Shown here: one piece after another, positions 26,031 to 39,002 of the stretch | Position numbering within the stretch: position 1 is the stretch's first letter | How the letters are laid out: each line of letters begins with the position of its first letter | From: Octopus vulgaris | Taxonomy: Eukaryota | Length of the DNA: 64,000 bases | Assembly (NCBI GenBank): GCA_951406725.2 | Contig: OX597815.1 | Coordinates: forward strand, 128,402,001-128,466,000 | Reading direction: 5' to 3' | The notes under the pieces: model-generated | Told to the model about the DNA's origin: nothing | Seen by the model: the letters and a program-made list of their open reading frames with translations, nothing else | Database searches by the model: none | Position numbers and translations under genes: made by a program

Positions 26031-28301
26031 CACACACAAATATATATTTACAGTCACCATGATTCATCACAAAATCCATAAGTTTTCTTATTCTCTCTAT
26101 TTATTTCCTCGTGTTCCTTTCTGTTGAAGAGCATAGGCTCGAAACATAAAAGACTTTCTCACTTCCCCAAGTGTCAAACTAATACACCTGCTCGTTGCTT
26201 ATACACATGTCTCTATATATTTGTATATATGCGTTTATCTTTTGAAATATATATGTAGACAAATGTGTCTATGCATATCTATCTATATATGTATATATTT
26301 GTCAAGCCTAACTGTGCTTATCTGCATCACTACCTTCACATCAGCTCACTGGAATTTCTCTTTATAGCCACTCTTGACACTGTGGATTTAGTCCTGGATG
26401 AAGAATTCGAAGTTTAAGTTCAAATTCATTTGAGTACAGCAAACTATCACCTATTGTGTGTATGTATGTACATGTATGTGTGTGTGTACATATATATATA
26501 TATATATAGATTAGCTATAAATGTAAATTTTGGCGCCAATCCGACCCCATTCCAAAATGAAACAAATAACCAAGAAATCAAACAACTTTTTCGAATTTCA
26601 GCTTTATAGATATTGACAGACAGACAGACAGACAGATAGCATATATAGTATATATTTGCATGTACGTGTGCCTGTTTGAGCAGAAGAATCTCACATAAGC
26701 AATATAATGAGTCCAAAAACTGGCATTAACTGATATTAACCTTGCATTCAGAAGATGAAAACTCCCTCTAGTCAAGTGAAAAAAAAATAACTCCTGCAAT
26801 ATCAGCTAATTATCAATTTTGGGAAATAAACAATGCAGTTAGAAATGGATCTTGCATTTAAAGCCAACTAGTGAAAGCAATAGATATGTTTCAGTCTTAT
26901 TAGATCTCTTCAGCAAACCATATTTACTATATATATGTAGATAGATAGATAGATAGAGAGAGAGAAAGAAAGAGAGAGGAGAGAGGAGAGAGAGAGAGAG
27001 AGAGAGAGAGGGAAACATATAGGCAGAGTCTTATATATGTAATGAAGTGAACTACAAAACTTTGATGAACTGACTTTGTCCTTATGGCAAAAACTTCTTC
27101 CAGAAGCGTTTAAAAGCTAAAGCAGTAAGCAAGCGAGGTAACTATGAATATATCAACTAACTGCATTGCCTCTGTTATCCCAAAGCCTGGATTGATTGAA
27201 ATTATTGGAGTTATCAACCTTGCTGATGTCTTCCAAGTTTTCAAAACAAGATCCACCCTTGAATGGCTCTTGCCTTTTAAAGGAACTGCTTTCACAAGTT
27301 GATTTTTTTTCCAGATATTAGATTTTCAGAAATTAGCTGAAATGACTTACAGTTTTCATTTTTTAAAAATGTATTTTGATTAGTCTGAGAGGTAGTTTTT
27401 TCCTCTCATTGCAAGGACAGTATTAAGTTAATGGAAGTTTTGCGACTAATCTATTACTGTATGCAAGACTTCTGTATGTGTATTTAGCATGTATGCCCTG
27501 CTTACATATTACACACACAAACCCATGTAAGTGTAGCTGAAATAGGATTATGTGTAAACAGAATCTGTAGTGTAATTGCTGTGGTATTTATAAATGCATG
27601 ACCGAGTTAAATTAAAAAGCTATTTGTATTTATGTATTTAAGTGTGTGTATAGAAAGAGATAGATAGACATAGACCCATATATATATATATATATACATA
27701 GGTGTGTGTGTGTGTGTGTGTGTAAATTGATGAGGATATCTGTGTATTTTGTACATATGTATGCATGTGTATATAAATATACATGCACATACACACACAT
27801 TCTCTTTTATGTAAGTGTATGTTATATTTATATGAAAATATATACTTTCAGGTGTGTACTTTATATACTTATGCATTAGTACCTATACATACATACACAC
27901 ATACAATAGTTATGCTCATATTTTTGTCTATACACACACACATATACATACACCTTCGCATGTGATATGTATGTTTACATCTTTCTATATGTGTGCATGT
28001 ATGTCTCCATGCATATGATTATATGTATGTGTTGTATATGTATTTGTGTATGTGTGTACTTAAATTCCTTGATGTGTCTCATACACAGAAGATAGCTGAA
28101 TAACTTAGTAATCCAATATTTTTCACATTTCTTTAACATAATTATTATTTTTTTGTATATATTTTTTTAATCTTTAATGAATATTGAAGATAATAATGAT
28201 GATAATCATCATCATTATCATCATTAAAAGATATAGGATCTGAAGAAAATAAGGTTATCAAATAGGAGTGAGTTGGTATGAGGGGAAAACTAAGGCCAAC
28301 T

Positions 28302-28384
<83 letters not shown>

Positions 28385-28386
28385 TC

Positions 28387-28418
<32 letters not shown>

Positions 28419-29023
28419 CTGTGTGTGTCAGTAAGCAAATGTTTGAGTAAGTGTGAATATGTGCATGTTGTGCATGTGTTTGTAGAAAGAGAGGTGTAGG
28501 CATGGAACTAAGTAAAGAATACAAGCCAGACAAGTTAGAAGTTTACATGAGACAGGGGTGTGTGTGTGTTTGTGCTGGTGAGTGAAAGAAAGGTAGATAA
28601 AGTTAAGGGGAAGATAGAGGGTGTAAAAATAAATCAAGAAAATATGCTGATCACTGAATTGATAAAGGAGTAGAACTGTTATATATATATATATACATAC
28701 ACATATTTATATATGATTAAGTATGTCTGTACATGCATGTGTTTAATATATATATATACACACACACATATATATATATATACATATATATACACACATA
28801 TACATACATAAACACACATATTTAGTGGGAATAAGAGATTCTGCAGCCAGAAAAAAGATTAGAAAAATGTAAAACCAAATATAAATATATTTAGAGAGAG
28901 AGAAAAAAAAAAGAAGCAACAACAAAGAAATAAAACAAAAGGCAGAAAAAGCATTAATGAAACGATGTAATAGCTGGTGACCGAGTTAGACTACCTGAAA
29001 TAGCAGGCAGAATATAGAGTCCT

Positions 29024-29038
29024 AGGTCAGGGTGACCT
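29024..29038. promoter_or_regulatory. Perfect IR3 nuclear-receptor palindrome (consensus ERE) AGGTCAgggTGACCT
   Basis: Exact match to the AGGTCAnnnTGACCT consensus. Function not shown. Confidence 0.3.
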
Positions 29039-30362
29039 GGAATCTAAGCAAACCAAGGAACCTAGTTTTAATATAGATTGTGCTGTCGTTATTGATTTTT
29101 CATAGCAAATCGCCATGTGCTGTTATGTAAAAGGAGAAAGAAGATAGACTGCAAGTGAGGAGAAAAACTTTTAGGTTTGAAAAGCGGAGGGAGCTAGAAA
29201 TCAAAATCTGTCGACTGAACGATCTGACCAGCAATCCCCACTCCCCCTCCTCCAACACACACACACACACACAGTCACATATTTACACGTACATACACAC
29301 ACACAGTCAGACGACCAACCATAGTAAAACTAAAGAACTAGAGAGGCGGCTGATAACAGCCGAGATTGCCAGAACTAAATACATACACACACACAGCAAG
29401 CAATCATGGGTGAATACACCTACTACTATGGTGCCATTACTACTACTACTACCATCACCATCACCATCACCACCGCCTACATAAGCATCGTTCCCACCTA
29501 CATCACCATTGCTACTACTGACACCACCACCACCACTGTAACTGCATCAGCATCAATCCCATTTATACCACCATCACCACTATCATTCCCATCATCACGC
29601 ACCCCCATCAATGATGATGATAATAGTTTTCAAGTAGAAATAACCACACCTTGGATTTGCCTCATTAAACAACAACAACATCAACAATAATTGGCAGCCA
29701 CAAGGACCTAAGATATTAGAGACAAGCAAGAAATATAAGAGAAACCAATAAACAAGAGACAGTATGATGTTGATGGGGTAGTGGTGGTGGTGGTGATGGT
29801 GATGGCAGCGTGGAAGATTGATATGGAGTAAGAAGGGTTGAAATCAATAAAAATGATAAAAATAAATATCAACAGAATAGAACAGCAAAATAGAACAAGA
29901 AGGAGGCCCCTAAAATATGGGGGCATAAATGTCGCACTCTGGGCAAGCATCTCCTGCTATAGTTTTGGGCCAACCAAAGCCTTGTGAGTAGATCCGGTAG
30001 AGAAAAACTGAGAGAAGCCCATCATGTATATGTGTATGTATATATAACTGTCTGTGTTTGTATTTGTCCCTAGACACTGCTTAACAACAAGGGTTGGTTT
30101 GTTTACACCCCTGTAACTTAGTGGTTCCGCAAAAGAAGCTAATGGAATAAGGGCTAGGTTTTAAAAAATGAATAAGTACTGGGTTCAATTTATTCCACTA
30201 AAAGCCCTGAAGGTGGTGCGCCAGCATGGCCACAGTCCAATGACTAAACAAAAGATATGTATGTATGTATGTATTAATGGATGAAAAGATATGTATATAT
30301 TATGTGTGTTTATTTCACATCCTTGTGTTGTGTTTTCCCTTTGTGTTTTCATGTTTGGATTA

Positions 30363-30404
<42 letters not shown>

Positions 30405-31521
30405 CTCACACAACCTGCAGTTACTCGAACATCCCAGAGGTAAATGCCTTCTCCTACTTCATACCACAAGCTTACAGCTGCACAATTTATTATGGGGTGG
30501 AGGGCATTTACCTATTTAGCTCAGTCAATTTCGCCACTGAGTCAGTGAGGGTGCCTCTATGTGATTGTTAGTCCTGCTAGAAATAGCAACCCAATCTCCT
30601 TCAAATCATACCGTCATCATTGAAGAAAAATGTTTATGAATTATAGAAAAGGCTCATTGGGTAATGTACTCCTGGGTTCCTAGTACATAGGGAGAGAAGG
30701 AAAGCAAATTTATAAAAAAAAAAATGATGCCTTTGATCATAGGTTGGCACAATCAAAGTTGAGGCAGGGGTAAACATAACAACAAGCTTTCATAAAATTT
30801 ACTGGGGGAAATGGTCAAGACTCAAAGTTCCGTTTGCATAATTGAAGCTAGAAATGTGCAGACAACTTGGCTAAAAAGAGACATCTAAAATTTAAGGGCA
30901 GACTGATTGAAGTATCATTGCTAGGCTGATAATATTCATTGTTGAGAGATAATAATAAGCAAAGGAGGAAGAAAAGAGAGAAGTTTCTTTTGAGCCACTG
31001 TCTGTCTGTGTCTGTGTGTTTCTCTGTCTATCTCACTGTGTCAATTTCTGTCTTTCTCTTTGTGTGTCTCTTATGGATATTTTCTACAGAAAAATTAATC
31101 TCAATGTACAGAGAAAGATAGGGTGGGAAAGAGAGATAGAAAGAGTGAGAGCTACAGGGAGATAGAGAAAGAAAGAGAGATAGAGATAGAGGGGGGAGTG
31201 AAAAAGAATAGGAGAGAAAAAACTTACAAACAACAATAGGAAAATAGAGAGAGATGTATGGGTTTTATTTCTTCTCAACCACCACTGCTGTCCACCACCA
31301 AACAGACCAAAACTTTATCATAACACTGCTGTGTCTGGTGAAAATTTCAGGGGCCTGAAGCATTGTTTAACATATTCAAAACTACATTTCTAAACAGAAC
31401 AGAGCACAATAATTATGTATATAACATTTAGTTTACTTGCTTATTCAGCCAGTAATGTTTTCAAGAACTGCACACAAAGACACGTCTGATAGAGGTGATT
31501 GAAAAAGGAGAGATATAAACA

Positions 31522-31562
<41 letters not shown>

Positions 31563-31744
31563 TACATTTATATGCTACATACATGCATATAAATACATAC
31601 ATACACACTCACACATATACACACATGTATACATATATATATATAAATACACACACACACGTGTCTAAACACATATATACACACACATATACATATATAT
31701 ATAAATATATGTGAACATATAATAATATAAACAATATATATATG

Positions 31745-31962
31745 CATGGCCGATGCCAGTGCCGCCTGACTGGCTCCCATGCCAGTGGTACGTAAAAAGC
31801 ACCCACTACACTCATGGAGTGGTTGGCGTTGGGAAGGGCATGCAGCTGTAGAAACACTGCCAGATCAGACTGCAGCCTGGTGTAGCCTCCTTGATTTGCC
31901 AGTCCCCAGACAAACTGTCCAACCCATGCCAGCATGGAAAACGGACGTTAAATGATGATGAT
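31745..31962 (+). mobile_element. RTE 3' UTR copy with (GAT)n tail
   Basis: Matches the 43933-44200 reverse complement. Confidence 0.8.
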
Positions 31963-31987
31963 ATATATATATATATATATATATATA

Positions 31988-33649
31988 TCTTATTATAAAA
32001 GGCAGATTTTATCTGCCTCCCTTTGTAACTTATAGAAATCTACAATATAGGATTTCTTCAATTACAATTTACCTAGCATTTTTAAGAGTAGAATGCATCG
32101 GGTCATGCCAGGTCCAGTTTTTAAAATTTAAACTCCAATTAAGCAAAATTTACAGAAAACTCACATTCTGGTGTGTATGTCAAATGCTTTTCTTAATGTG
32201 GTTTACACCACACGCACACGCACACACACAGTGTGCAACGAATAAAATGAAAGTAAATAGCGACAGAGTGATTTGAGGAAGACTAAACTGAAAGTATTTA
32301 AACCACTACTCAAAAAATAAAAAAACACAGCAAACAGAAACAAATAAATACATAACGATTTACTCCTCACACAATTTCTTCAATTAGAGTTTACCTAAGA
32401 TTTTTCAAAGTACTCCATTCGGTCATGCCATAATATATTTCTTTCAATTTCACCCCCAATTAAGACAAAATTCGAGAAAACTCAATATATTAACATTTCA
32501 CTCCGAAAGCATTGATGTACATGTGTGTGTGCGTGAGTGTGTGTGTGTGTGTGTTTGATGGGTTGTGCGACACAGAAAGTGTGGTGTGTAAGTGAAGTGC
32601 TTTTGTTAGTGTGTGTAAAGAGACAGACAGAGTGAAAGACAGAAATAACTGAACTTTTTTTATTCACTTTTTGTAGTGAGTGACTGAGAGAGAAAAGAGA
32701 GAGAGAGGTTATGTATGTATATATGTATGTATGGCTTCAGTGACACACACACACAAAAACACATACCTACGTACACCTAAAGCACGCACACACACACACA
32801 CACACACAAGCGGAGCGCGAACTTCAAAATTTTGGTAGTATTAATTTGCGAGTGTACTTCTAAGCGCGCGTAATTGAAAGTTTTCACTATGATATCATCA
32901 CGTGCGAAAAAATTCGAAGGGTTTTGAACAATTGAGATACAGATGTCACGCCTGTATTGAAACCATTGCTAAGCTGCCGTAATTGCTTAATTAAGACTTT
33001 GTTTAAATTGAAAGGGGCAAATATGTGACGAGGTTGAAAAAAAATACCCCAGAAAAAAAAATGTACTGCTGGTATTTATATAATTCACTACTATTTTGCT
33101 ACAATGTCATGAAAAAGAAAAAATTTAGGTATGTAAATCGAATTTGCCACCCACTTTTCCCCGTTCGCGTTTGTGTAAAAAAATTATTATTTAAGTTTTA
33201 AAAATTATTTACTTTGTTCAAAAAATATTAATATTAATTAATTTTCAAGAATTATTTAATTTTATTCTGTAAAATAGTAATTAATTCATTTATCTGTAAA
33301 TCCGCGAGGTTGTTACTCAGGCACCTAGAATGGTAACCTTCAACTAACACTATCTCCTCCGAGACCCTGCGGCGCAAGTTGACCAAAATTGAGAGTATGG
33401 TAGAAGAAGGGTTGCTCTTCCTTCCGTAGAACATAAAATTCAAATCGGACCATGTTAACACCAAAAATTATTTACATCAAAAAGATGCTTTTTTCTATGA
33501 AAATCCCTATTTTTTACGATTTTTTCACTGCTGTGTCGCCACTTTTCGGTGTATTTCGACCAGAAAAATGTTCACAAAATTTTTACTTTTCAAAATTACA
33601 ATTCCAGCGGGTCGAAACAAACCCGAGCAACGCCAGGCGATACTGCTAG
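31988..33649 (+). mobile_element. Composite non-autonomous Helitron, about 1.66 kb
   Basis: 5' A|TCTTATTATAAAAGGCAG. 3' hairpin cccgagcaacgccaggcg then CTAG|T. The 5' 0.9 kb is homologous to 40657-41641 and 42820-43658; the last 0.32 kb is nearly identical to 40126-40443. Confidence 0.82.
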
Positions 33650-33829
33650 TATATATACACACACACACACACATACATGCATATGTGGGTACAGGACGTC
33701 ACAAACAGTAAACAACATGAAATACGTAAACAAATGAGTTGAATATGCAAACAATGAGAGATACAAATGGAAAACAGGACATATGTATGCGCGCATGCAC
33801 AAACACACACATAATACAAAAGATCCCAG

Positions 33830-34118
33830 TATCCCCACCAAAATACTGGACATGATACTTCAACAGCTCTTCAATATCCTTCCAAAATGCCTGAGAGACT
33901 TGCATGGTATGGATATAGATATCTTCAAAACAAAACTGGATCTCCTCCTGTCAAGGGTTCCAGATGAGACAAGCTCATGGCAACAAACACAGATGAGAGC
34001 AACAGTATAAAACTCTCTCTCATTCACCAAATGCTACATATCAGAGAAGGTTTCAAATAATGGTGTAGCATAGCCAACGTTGGTGCCCCAGCATGACCAC
34101 AGCTTTAAAACTCAAGCA
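33830..34118 (+). mobile_element. 3' end of a CR1-like LINE
   Basis: QLFNILPKCLRDLHGMDIDIFKTKLDLLLSRVPDE is a CR1-type C-terminus (FK..LD..L..VPD). Followed by ggtgccccagcatgaccacagc tail. Confidence 0.7.
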
Positions 34119-34193
34119 ATATATATATATATATATATATACATATGAGAGAGACACACACACACACATACATACAAAAATATGTAAACACAA

Positions 34194-34252
<59 letters not shown>

Positions 34253-34330
34253 GGTACACATATACATAAATGTATATAGACACACATGTATACATATTTC
34301 TATACACACACACACACTGAACAAGGCCCA

Positions 34331-34552
34331 CTGTGAGCCATATCACTGACTATGACTATATGCTAAATGGTTTAGAAACCATCTGATGGCATGTCTCAAC
34401 ATTTCATGCCAAGGGAAAAATTCAAATATGTATTAGAGGCAGCTCAAAATATATGAACAAAACTGAACACACATACACAAGGTGTGTGGGTCAGCTGCAT
34501 TTTAGGCCTAAACCATTTAGCATATTGTCATAGTCGGTGATAAGGCTTGCAG
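34331..34552. repeat. Inverted repeat, 45-bp arms, about 130-bp spacer
   Basis: tatcactgactatgactatatgctaaatggtttag / ctaaaccatttagcatattgtcatagtcggtgata. Confidence 0.8.
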
Positions 34553-34774
34553 CATGCCTTGTTTGGTACATGACATTGAAAAGTCACAATAACAAAACAG
34601 CGATGTCTGTCACTCCAACAACGACCTGATGTGAGTCACCTCAGTTACTTTCAGGTGTTTTTAACACCAGGAGCATTGAGAATATATTTTCTTATGCTTA
34701 AAATACAGCCAGCCCAAGAACTAACAACAAACACACCTTGTGTATGTGTGTTCGATTTATAAGCACCATGCATG

Positions 34775-35098
34775 GGTTGTTGCCAGCACGTAAAAAGCAC
34801 CATCCGAACATGGTCGATGTCAGCCTCCCTGCCCTGACTGGCTCCTGTGCCATTAGCATGTAAAAAGCACCATCCGAATGTGGCCGATGCCAGTGCCGCC
34901 TGACTGACTCCCGTGCAGGTGGTACATTAAAAGCACTCACTATGCTCTTGGAGTGGTTGGCATTAGGAAGGGCATTCAGCTGTAGAAACACTACCAGATC
35001 AGATTGGAGCCTGGTGCAGCCTCTTGGCTTGCCAGTCCCCAGTCAAACCATCCAACCCATGCCAGCATGGAAAACGGATGTTAAATGATGATGATGAA
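34775..35098 (+). mobile_element. RTE 3' UTR copy with (GAT)n tail
   Basis: Tandem aaaaagcaccatccgaa units and tail. Confidence 0.8.
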
Positions 35099-35521
35099 GA
35101 TAAACAGACACAGTCCTCTAGTCTTAGATTTAGTAGTTGATAAAAAGACTAATAAATTAAAAATAAACCACAATCTTTTACAAGTTATCACCCCAGTAAG
35201 CTTCATGCATTTCTTGGAAGTTTAGAATATTCTTAACTACAATAGCAACAACATGGATTTCTTCCATCTTCTTGCTTTGTTAGAGTATTTGAGTAAAATT
35301 GTATTAATGTGTCCAACTGACTAAAATTTTATTTATTTATGTGTGTAGCTGATAATAGCCCTGCATTTAAATTGATGTAATGACTGCATTGTTCAATTAA
35401 ATGGAGCCACTTGAAATGGTCGTACAGCATCACTTCTTGATATCCTGTTCCGTATTTTGATTATATATATATATAGATAGATAGATAGATACATATATAT
35501 ATATATATATGTGTGTGTGTG

Positions 35522-35577
<56 letters not shown>

Positions 35578-35675
35578 GTAGTTAATAAGAAAACATATCA
35601 GAAAGAAGTACACTCTAAAGAATAGAGCAGTAATTATTACAAAATTTTATATCTTGGACATAGAGTTATCCAAGG

Positions 35676-36024
35676 TTTCGCATTCACAAAGCCAAAGCCT
35701 TGTGGACAGCTCATCAGACTATATAAAAAGACAAAATTTTAAAAATTTCTACGTTGCAGATGTGAGGAAACGCTCAGAAAACGAGAAATATGTCTAAATG
35801 TGTCTACTTCAAGTGCTACTTACTGAAAAATTGGATCTCCCCGTTTGCTAGTTTTCCTATGGTTTAGGGTAATTAACCTGTCCACATTACGCTTTTTTGT
35901 TAAGACGTATTTCTCATTGTCTGAGTGATTCTTCACATCCATGATGCAGAAATAAAAAAATTTTTGTCTTTTTATATAGAGTCTGATGTGCTGTCCACAA
36001 GACTTTGGCTTTGTGGATGTGAAA
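35676..36024. repeat. Inverted repeat, arms about 120 bp, spacer about 100 bp
   Basis: cacaaagccaaagccttgtggacagctcatcagactatataaaaagacaaaattt is mirrored by aaatttttgtctttttatatagagtctgatgtgctgtccacaagactttggctttgtg. Confidence 0.88.
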
Positions 36025-36133
36025 TTTTCTTGTATTGTATATATATTTATTAATTCATAATAGAATATAAGGATAAAAATCACAGTGATTTTTATCAAGT
36101 AGTCAGTATGCTATAAAAGTTTATAGGCAATTT

Positions 36134-36638
36134 ATACATTAAATTAATAATAATATACACATGTATATAATTATATTAAGGGAGCAAAGGCGAAAACACC
36201 AATCTCCAGCATGCTTGAAGTGCCAATACCTTAAAAAACCCCCAAAACTCCAGGTAAATATACACATGGCTGAAAGTGGGCTAGTGAAAGAATATTAAAA
36301 GGGATCTCACGTTAATTGTGAATTGATTTCAAATTCTGAATTAAAGCCAAAAATAAGCTTTCTTCCTTCGTCAACACAATACACGGGGGAATATAAATAC
36401 AAATATTTACACATACTGCACAAAGCAGGTTCACACATCTACACACAAGTATTTGCACATATAAATCCAAGATAATATCTTTTCACTAGCCTGCTTTCAG
36501 CCATGTATATGTTTATCTGGAGTTTTTGGTAATTTTTTAAAGTTATCGGCACTTGAAGCATGCTGGGGATAGGTTGTTTTCACTCTTGCTCCCTTAATAT
36601 AATTATATACATATGTATATTATTATTAATAAATGTAT
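36134..36638. repeat. Inverted repeat, arms about 165 bp, spacer about 175 bp
   Basis: tatataattatattaagggagcaa...cagcatgcttgaagtgcc...catggctgaaag...gctagtgaaa is mirrored at 36473-36638. Confidence 0.88.
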
Positions 36639-36791
36639 GTGTATGTTTTCAATATGTACAAATAACATGAAAAAAATAGTTACCAGGTTAGCAAAAATTC
36701 ACATAAGTGCCAAGGATGTTACAGCCTACTTATAAAGGTAGAAGTTTCAGGGTTAAGTGAAATGTTTGTGATGACATAGATTAATTAAGAA

Positions 36792-36943
36792 ATGGAGTTA
36801 AACACAGGTGTTATTCAAATCTTTATACTTCCGACACATGTTTCAAAGAAAACATTGGTATTCTTTTCAGGAATAATACCAATGTTTTCTTCAAAACATG
36901 TCGGAAGTATAAAGATTTGAATAACACCTGCATTTAACTCCAT
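36792..36943. repeat. Near-perfect inverted repeat, arms about 70 bp, with a decayed hammerhead-like motif
   Basis: caggtgttattcaaatctttatacttccgaca is mirrored by tgtcggaagtataaagatttgaataacacctg. Minus strand 36829-36875 reads tattc-CTGAAAA-...-GAAA-catgtg-TC-ggaa. Confidence 0.88.
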
Positions 36944-36961
36944 ATGTATGCATATATATTA

Positions 36962-37275
36962 TCATCATCATCATTTAACGTTTGTTTTCCATGCTAGTAT
37001 GGGTTGGAAAGCTCGACTGGGGTCTGGGAAGCCAGGAGGCTGCACCAGGTTCAAGTCTGTTCTGGCAGTGTTTCTACAGCTGGATGCCATTCCTAACGCC
37101 AACCACTCCATGAGTGTAGTGGGTGCTTTTTACATGCCACTGGTACAGGGGCCAGATGAGGCTGGCAATGGCCATGATCGGTTGGTGCTTTTTACGTGCT
37201 ACCGGCACGGAAGCCAGTCAAGGCGGGCTAGCATTGGCCATGTTTGGATGGTGCTTTTTAAGTGCGACCAGCATG
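36962..37275 (-). mobile_element. RTE 3' UTR copy with (ATC)n tail
   Basis: Same orientation and sequence as 43933-44300. Confidence 0.8.
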
Positions 37276-37322
37276 ACTATCACAACTACAATTTCCCATA
37301 TATATATATATATATATATATA

Positions 37323-37388
<66 letters not shown>

Positions 37389-37469
37389 GTACATATTTAT
37401 ATGTCAGCATCATCATTATCATCATTTAGATTCCACTTTCCATGCTCGTATTTCTTTCAAGCCTTCACA

Positions 37470-37810
37470 AGCCCTCTATGGTCACAGCCTATGTTTCCCT
37501 GCTGTGGAGCATAACTGTTCTCACACAGGCATCATACAATCTGCCTTTCACTCTGAGAGAGGCTCTTTGTTACCAGCAGAGGTAGAAGCTCTCTGAACTT
37601 TGCCCAGCCTATCCTTATTCTAGCAACTACACTCTTAGGGCATCCACTTCCACAGCTGACTTGGTCACCTAGATAACAGAAGCTATCAACTACTTCTTGG
37701 TATCCCCACTGGCATTTGATGGGGTCTATTTTCTGTAAATTTGTAGTGTTTATTGAACCTATACTTCTGCCACACACAAAGACTATATTTTTCCTTGTTA
37801 ACCTTCCTCT
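37470..37810 (-). mobile_element. Degenerate RTE ORF fragment
   Basis: EVVDSFCYLGDQVSCGSGCPKSVVARIRIGWAKFRELLPLLVTK matches ORF 44452-45168. Confidence 0.85.
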
Positions 37811-37814
37811 GCTA

Positions 37815-37867
<53 letters not shown>

Positions 37868-37870
<3 letters not shown>

Positions 37871-38207
37871 GGTGCATGGCTCAGTGGTTAGAGTGTTGAG
37901 CTTATGATTATGAGGTTGTGAGTTTGAATCCCGGACCAGGCTGCATATTGTGTTCTTGAGCTAGACACTTTATTCCACGTTGCTCCAGTTCACTCAGCTG
38001 TAGAAATGAGTTGTGACATTACATGTGCCAAGTCATATCAGCCTTTGTTTTTCCCTTGGATAACACTGGTGGTGTGGAGAGGCGAGGCTGGTGTGTATGG
38101 GTGACTGCTGGTCTTCCATAAAAAAAACATCATTGCCCGCACTTGTGCCTGGGAGGGTAACTTTCTAGGTGCAATCCCATGGTCAGTCATGACTGAAGGG
38201 GGTCTCA
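37868..38207 (+). mobile_element. SINE family C (CORE-like), full length
   Basis: tggctcagtggttagagtg head, gtttgaatcccgg B-box; homologous to 21368-21716. Confidence 0.8.
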
Positions 38208-38344
38208 GCATATATATATATATATATGAAATACAAAATGGGACAAGAACGCAAAAACGATACAAAAAAACAAGGACGGGTCATTCGAAGCTTTCTATCC
38301 TCAGTTAAGAACCGGATCATCCTCGCAATTTCAGCTGATTAATC

Positions 38345-39002
38345 TTGGTAAGTTACTGGGAAATAAACACACCAGCACTGGTTGTCAAGCAGTGGTGGTG
38401 GTGGGAACAAACACAGGCAAAGACACATACACACACACACAATGGGTTTCTTTCAGTACCCATCAACCAGATCTACTCACAAGGCTTTAGTTGGCCTGGG
38501 GCTATATGGTAGAAAACACTTGCTCAGGGTGCCATGCAGTGGGACTGAATCCAGAATGATGTGGTTGGGAAACAAGCTTCTTACCACACAACTAATGCCT
38601 GCCTATCTAACTATATATATAAGCACAGGTGTGGCTGTGTGGTAAGTAGCTTGTTTACCAACCACATGGTTCCGGGTTCACTAACATTGCATGGCACCTT
38701 GAGTAAGTGTCTTCTATAGCCTCAGGCCAACCAAAGCGTTGTGAGTGGATTTGGTAGACAGAAACTGAAAGAAACCTGTTGTATATAGTATATGTGTATT
38801 TGCATGTCTGTGTTTGTCCCCCTACCATTGTTTGACAATCGATGTTGGTGTGCTTACATCTCTGTATCTGAGCGGTTCGGCAAAAGAGACCAATAGAATA
38901 AGTACTCGGCTTACAAAGAATAAGTCCTGGGGTTGACTTACTTGACTAAACACAGTGCTCCAGCATGGCTGAAGTCAAATGACTGAAAAGAACAAAAGAA
39001 TA
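38345..39002. mobile_element. Head-to-head pair of family A SINEs (minus 38345-38605; plus, full length, 38622-39002)
   Basis: The plus copy has tggctgtgtggta A-box, ggttccgggttca B-box region and a complete tail. The minus copy ends about 17 bp upstream of it. Confidence 0.8.

Noticed and set aside
26875-26920. Minus-strand CTGAAGA...GAAA hammerhead-like core
   Set aside because: Stem I and stem III do not pair and stem II has a mismatch; too decayed to call.
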